NCBI GenBank assembly: GCA_017499595.2
Contig: CM039002.1
Coordinates: forward strand, 3,286,001-3,350,000
Length of the DNA stretch: 64,000 bases
DNA from: Psilocybe cubensis
Lineage: Eukaryota
Direction of reading: 5' to 3'
The notes under the pieces were generated by a model. It was given only the letters and a program-made list of their open reading frames with translations, had not been told where the DNA came from and ran no database searches. Position numbers and translations under genes: made by a program. Below are positions 60,113 to 64,000 of this stretch, piece by piece; position 1 is the first letter of the stretch; every line of letters begins with the position of its first letter.

Positions 60113-63100
60113 ATGTCTGTATTACCTACAAACCCATCCGACAGGAATGCCCGTGCATACAACAAGGAAGAAAGGGCATTATTAGATGCCTACAAAGAAG
60201 AATATCTCAAGACTTCAACTCCAAAAGAGCGTGGAGATATAGTTCGCACCAGAATGCTAAAGGCTCTTACTACGCATTGGGATAAGCACGGGATCAAGTA
60301 TGATCCACAAAAGGCTCAAACGGTAAGAGGGTCTATACTGTGAATGAGTGATAAATGATTGAAATATATTGCTCACTGGTACTAATAACGTAGGATCTCC
60401 TTAAATGGGCGCAAAACCTCTGGCGAATACCGACTGTCAAGGGAACAGCCTCATCATCAAAAGTTCTGACTGTCAGAAAATTTGATGTTGTTGCACGCAC
60501 CATGAAAGATAAGGTGGAAGCCGAAATTGATACAATTCTGGGACCAGAAAACGCACACATTCCTGCTAAACGATTTGGGGTTTACACAACGGCAGTAAGC
60601 CAGGTTATCAAGAATTTGACCCCCGAAGCTTCGCGTAAGTTAGACGCTGATGTTTCAAACATATCAGCGCAGGGTTATCCTGAAGAAATACGACGCCAGT
60701 ACGTTCTGATACACTTGTCAATGATTATGTATGGTAGCTTATTGTAATGCAGGTTGGTAGAAAAATACTACGAGAAACGATTGAAAGACAGCGCTGAGGC
60801 AAACTGGAAGGAAATGGGGTTGCATGCGGTAACCTTTGTTGCCTTTGAGGATTCAACAGGCCGCATTGTAGCTGAAATGTGAGCGATACATTGCTGATGA
60901 ACATATAATGACTTTAATTAGTATTTGTGTTTAGTCATGATGACATTGCCGAGCTGCTTGGACTGAAAACTGGCTTAAAGGTTAAATCCTTTGAGCAAAC
61001 ATATCCTAAACAAGCTCGTGAAATGCAGCGGCTGATGATAGAGTATGTTCGCAGCCTGATTGATAAGTCCCAGGGAAAGGAAACTACATCCCCTCAACCA
61101 AACACTTTGGGTATCAGCGACGATGGGTTTCCTTTGATTAGTGCAAGCTATGACAAGGATAACCTGCACAAATCCGAAGCTTCAAAGCTCTATCGAGAAT
61201 ATCTGTCAGCACATTATAGTACGTGTCTTTATATTGATGTATGCCTACTATTCTTATTATACATTAGAGCTGGCAACAAACAATAGAACCGAACAATGTC
61301 CGTACGATAGCCTGGTAAAAGATACGTCCAGTTTTATCAAACCAGAATATCTTCCGGACGGATTTGTATTTCGCGACCCACATAACACCCAGCTAGAGAG
61401 TATCAAGGAGTTCTTCGATCACATTGTAGAACGTGAACGCTCCTTACCTCCTGCACAAGTGTTTCGCTTCCACAATGTCACGACTGCACGAATTAATGGA
61501 ACAATTGTTCCATCATCATACCCCGATGACGTGAAGGATTCCATTGGTGAGGAGATAGATTTGACAACCAAACCTAAGCGTCAAAAAAAGAGGGCCACAA
61601 AGAAAGCTCAGAAGCAAAGCTTAGTTACTGCCGAGGAAGATGCTCACAGTGACTCTGGGCCAAGAATTAACGTGGCTTGCGATACCGACGTGATTCCTCG
61701 CCTCCAGGCCAGTGGCGAATTGCATTCTCGCCTCCAAAATGATGGCGAGTCACACACCGACAGTGCTTCTCGCCTCCTAGTCAATGGCGAATCGCACGCC
61801 AAGGCAGTCCCTTGCCTCCATGTTAATGGCGAGTCAAATACCAACAGTCCTCCTCGCGTCCAAGTCAATGGCGAGTTGCACGCTGCAGGTCCTCGCCTCC
61901 AAGTCAATGGCGAGTCGCACACTGAGGCTGTTCATCGCCTCCAGCTCAATGGCGAGACACACACCAACATTGCTCCTCGCCTCCAAGCTAATAGCAAGTT
62001 GCACACTGAGGTTGTTCCTTACAATGAAATCAGTGACCAACACTACTCCAAAGACAATGTTAATGCTTCAGCGGTTACTGACCTTGATCGTTGGTTGCAA
62101 ATGAATGGAGAATATCACTCCACTCCGGGCCCTTCAAGCCAGGTCGGTCTCGACGAGGGATTCAGTGCATTTACTCTGGACAATGACAACATGTTCCAGT
62201 ACCTATACAACAATGGAGCCTTCAGTTTCCCTGACTTTACTACCGGCACACCAATTGCGTCAGGGTCAGGTTCTTCAGAGAACAATTTCGCCTCTTTCCC
62301 AGAAGTCTCTTTCACCCAGATGCTCATGGATGACCAGCCAATTCCTAATGTTTCTCTCCCAGTATCAAATCCATTTGGAAATACAAATGCCAAGGATATA
62401 GCTGAACACGAGTCAGAAATGCCATCTTTAGCAAGAATTAATGGATCTCATACGGGAATAACAAATGCTGCATCCACGAATGGAAATTTCATTCGAAATT
62501 CCAACAACACTGATCCCGAGCGTTTGGGGGGGGAAGCTTTGCCTAGAAATCGTCATTCGCATGGACAGTCTGATACAGATCCATCCCTTCCTACAGAAAA
62601 AACCTTCATTTGGCGTCCTGTTACTATTTCAGATGCAAATCAACCGTCTTCGACCGAAAGGGTTACTGGAAAAAATTCAATACCAAATGATTCCAGTTCT
62701 AGCAACGTTGAAACGGCTATGAAAACCAGGACTGAAGAAGCCACCATACCTATCAGTAACGTTGAAATGCCTTTGAAAACAAGGGCCGTTCCTAAGCCAA
62801 AAGGGCAACCAACAAAAAGAAAAGATAATATTTCTCAGTCTTCTCCCGTGCACATATTTAACAAAGTGCTCAACGACATACCGATGACACCGACAAAATC
62901 CGCCTCCATAACAAAGTCAAATCTAACCTCGTCTATGCAGGTCACTACTGCATCCCGTGAAACACCGCAAGGGAATTCTACCCAGGCTGCGCAAACAGTC
63001 ATTGACCGCTCTTTGAAAAGGAAAGGACACACTCACAAAGTGATTGACAATGAAAAAGACTCCAGGCCAACAAAACGATATCTATCAGCAGATGAACTTG

Positions 63101-63168
63101 CGGCACACGAGGCAAACAAGATGAAGGTGGGGGGAAAGCGAGTTCCAAAGAAAAGGGTGCTTGGGTAA
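60113..63168 (+). CDS. Hypothetical KDZ partner protein, multi-exon, divergent from the transposase
   Basis: GT-AG-linked exons from MSVLPTNPSDRNARAY; CPYDSL..FIKPEYLP.GFVFRDP..FRFH block; 42-bp repeats; basic C-terminus (KRVPKKR). Confidence 0.65.
61696..62020 (+). repeat. Degenerate ~42-bp coding repeat (PRLQVNGESHTEAV)
   Basis: About 8 variants of CCTCGCCTCCAAGTCAATGGCGAGTCGCAC. Confidence 0.8.
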
Positions 63169-63285
63169 GCTTTAAACGTGTTTAAAATTTGACCTTAGAG
63201 AATAGGCAATGGTGTGAAAATTTACATAATTTCATTTGAAAAGTACACTCGAGTAAAAGCATTAGTAATCTAATCGAGAAAATTG

Positions 63286-64000
63286 TCAATACTCTACCAA
63301 ATCATCTTTGTCCTCATTAGATTCTGGAGTGGGAAGTAAATTACCATCGGGACCAATGATCAGCGTGGAATGGCAATCTGGATGTTGGAGCGTACGATGA
63401 GTAGGGGGGCAAGGTACATTGAGCGTTGACGGAAAGAGTGGTTGATAGAGAACCAGCTCGTGGGCGTGGGAAGCTTGGGGTGGAGATTGGGTGGCTTCTG
63501 CCTCCCCATCGACGTCTTGTTTAAGATGCTCACTCTTATCCTTACCGGCGTTGCCATCCTGAGATCGTTTGCTCGAAATACCCTGACTTTCCTCTAGTGG
63601 ATTGGTGAGGTTGAAGAATTTAATCTCATTTGACACATTCATCATCAGTAAATCCGGATTTTCGAAGGTAACTCAACGTATTGTCCTGCCAACCGGATGT
63701 AGCATCAAAGTGGGCTGTAGACAGTATAGCGTCATGTGTCATCGGCGGGATGCTCCGTTGAGCTCTGTAGCATTCCAACATTACTACTGCGAGCTTTGGA
63801 TTTTCCTAGCTATCTCTATGTACGATTCCAGACTTAGGAGAGTTTGATGTCCAATGTGATTGGTCTCAGTAAAGCTCTTCAATCATATCAAGCAATAAAA
63901 TGTACATTTTTAAAGGCAATTAAGTGTCTATTTACAATGTAGTATCTTGACCCTATTAATGATCCTGACATTCTCGTATGAGATCCTGCCCATTACTAAG
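63286..64000 (-). CDS. 3' part of a hypothetical gene running off the window
   Basis: ORF 63286..63645 extends upstream without a recognisable domain. Confidence 0.35.

Noticed and set aside
1-64000. A single giant element (e.g. tyrosine-recombinase Starship) spanning the window
   Set aside because: No tyrosine recombinase captain or shared outer termini seen; the structure is explained by several nested DDE and LTR elements.

Overview
Eukaryotic DNA with ~50-60 bp GT-AG introns and gene families typical of agaricomycete (mushroom-type) fungi. Almost the whole window is a nest of transposons and their passenger genes; I recognise no ordinary housekeeping gene. From left to right: (1) a Plavaka-type transposase preceded by an 8-unit array of covarying hairpins; (2) an alternating purine-pyrimidine minisatellite; (3) a 5'-truncated Ty1/copia element interrupted by an 8-bp-TSD TIR element; (4) a JmjC-like gene and an Spt5-like (NGN+KOW) gene diverging from a palindrome with 77-bp perfect arms; (5) DUF6532, TET/JBP, RNase H1-hybrid-binding-like and HMG-like genes; (6) a young intact Ty3/gypsy element (628-bp LTRs, 4-bp TSD) with a -1 slippery site after the protease and a spliced antisense ORF; (7) a second TET/JBP gene; (8) a CACTA/CMC-like transposase head-to-head with a DUF6589 gene; (9) a Russian-doll nest of MITEs; (10) a CxC2-KDZ transposase with a divergent partner gene. 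The most notable items are the hairpin array, the JmjC-palindrome-Spt5-like module within a broader chromatin-modifier cargo, and the spliced antisense gene in the retroelement. Exon boundaries were read by eye, and family calls come from motif recognition, not database searches.
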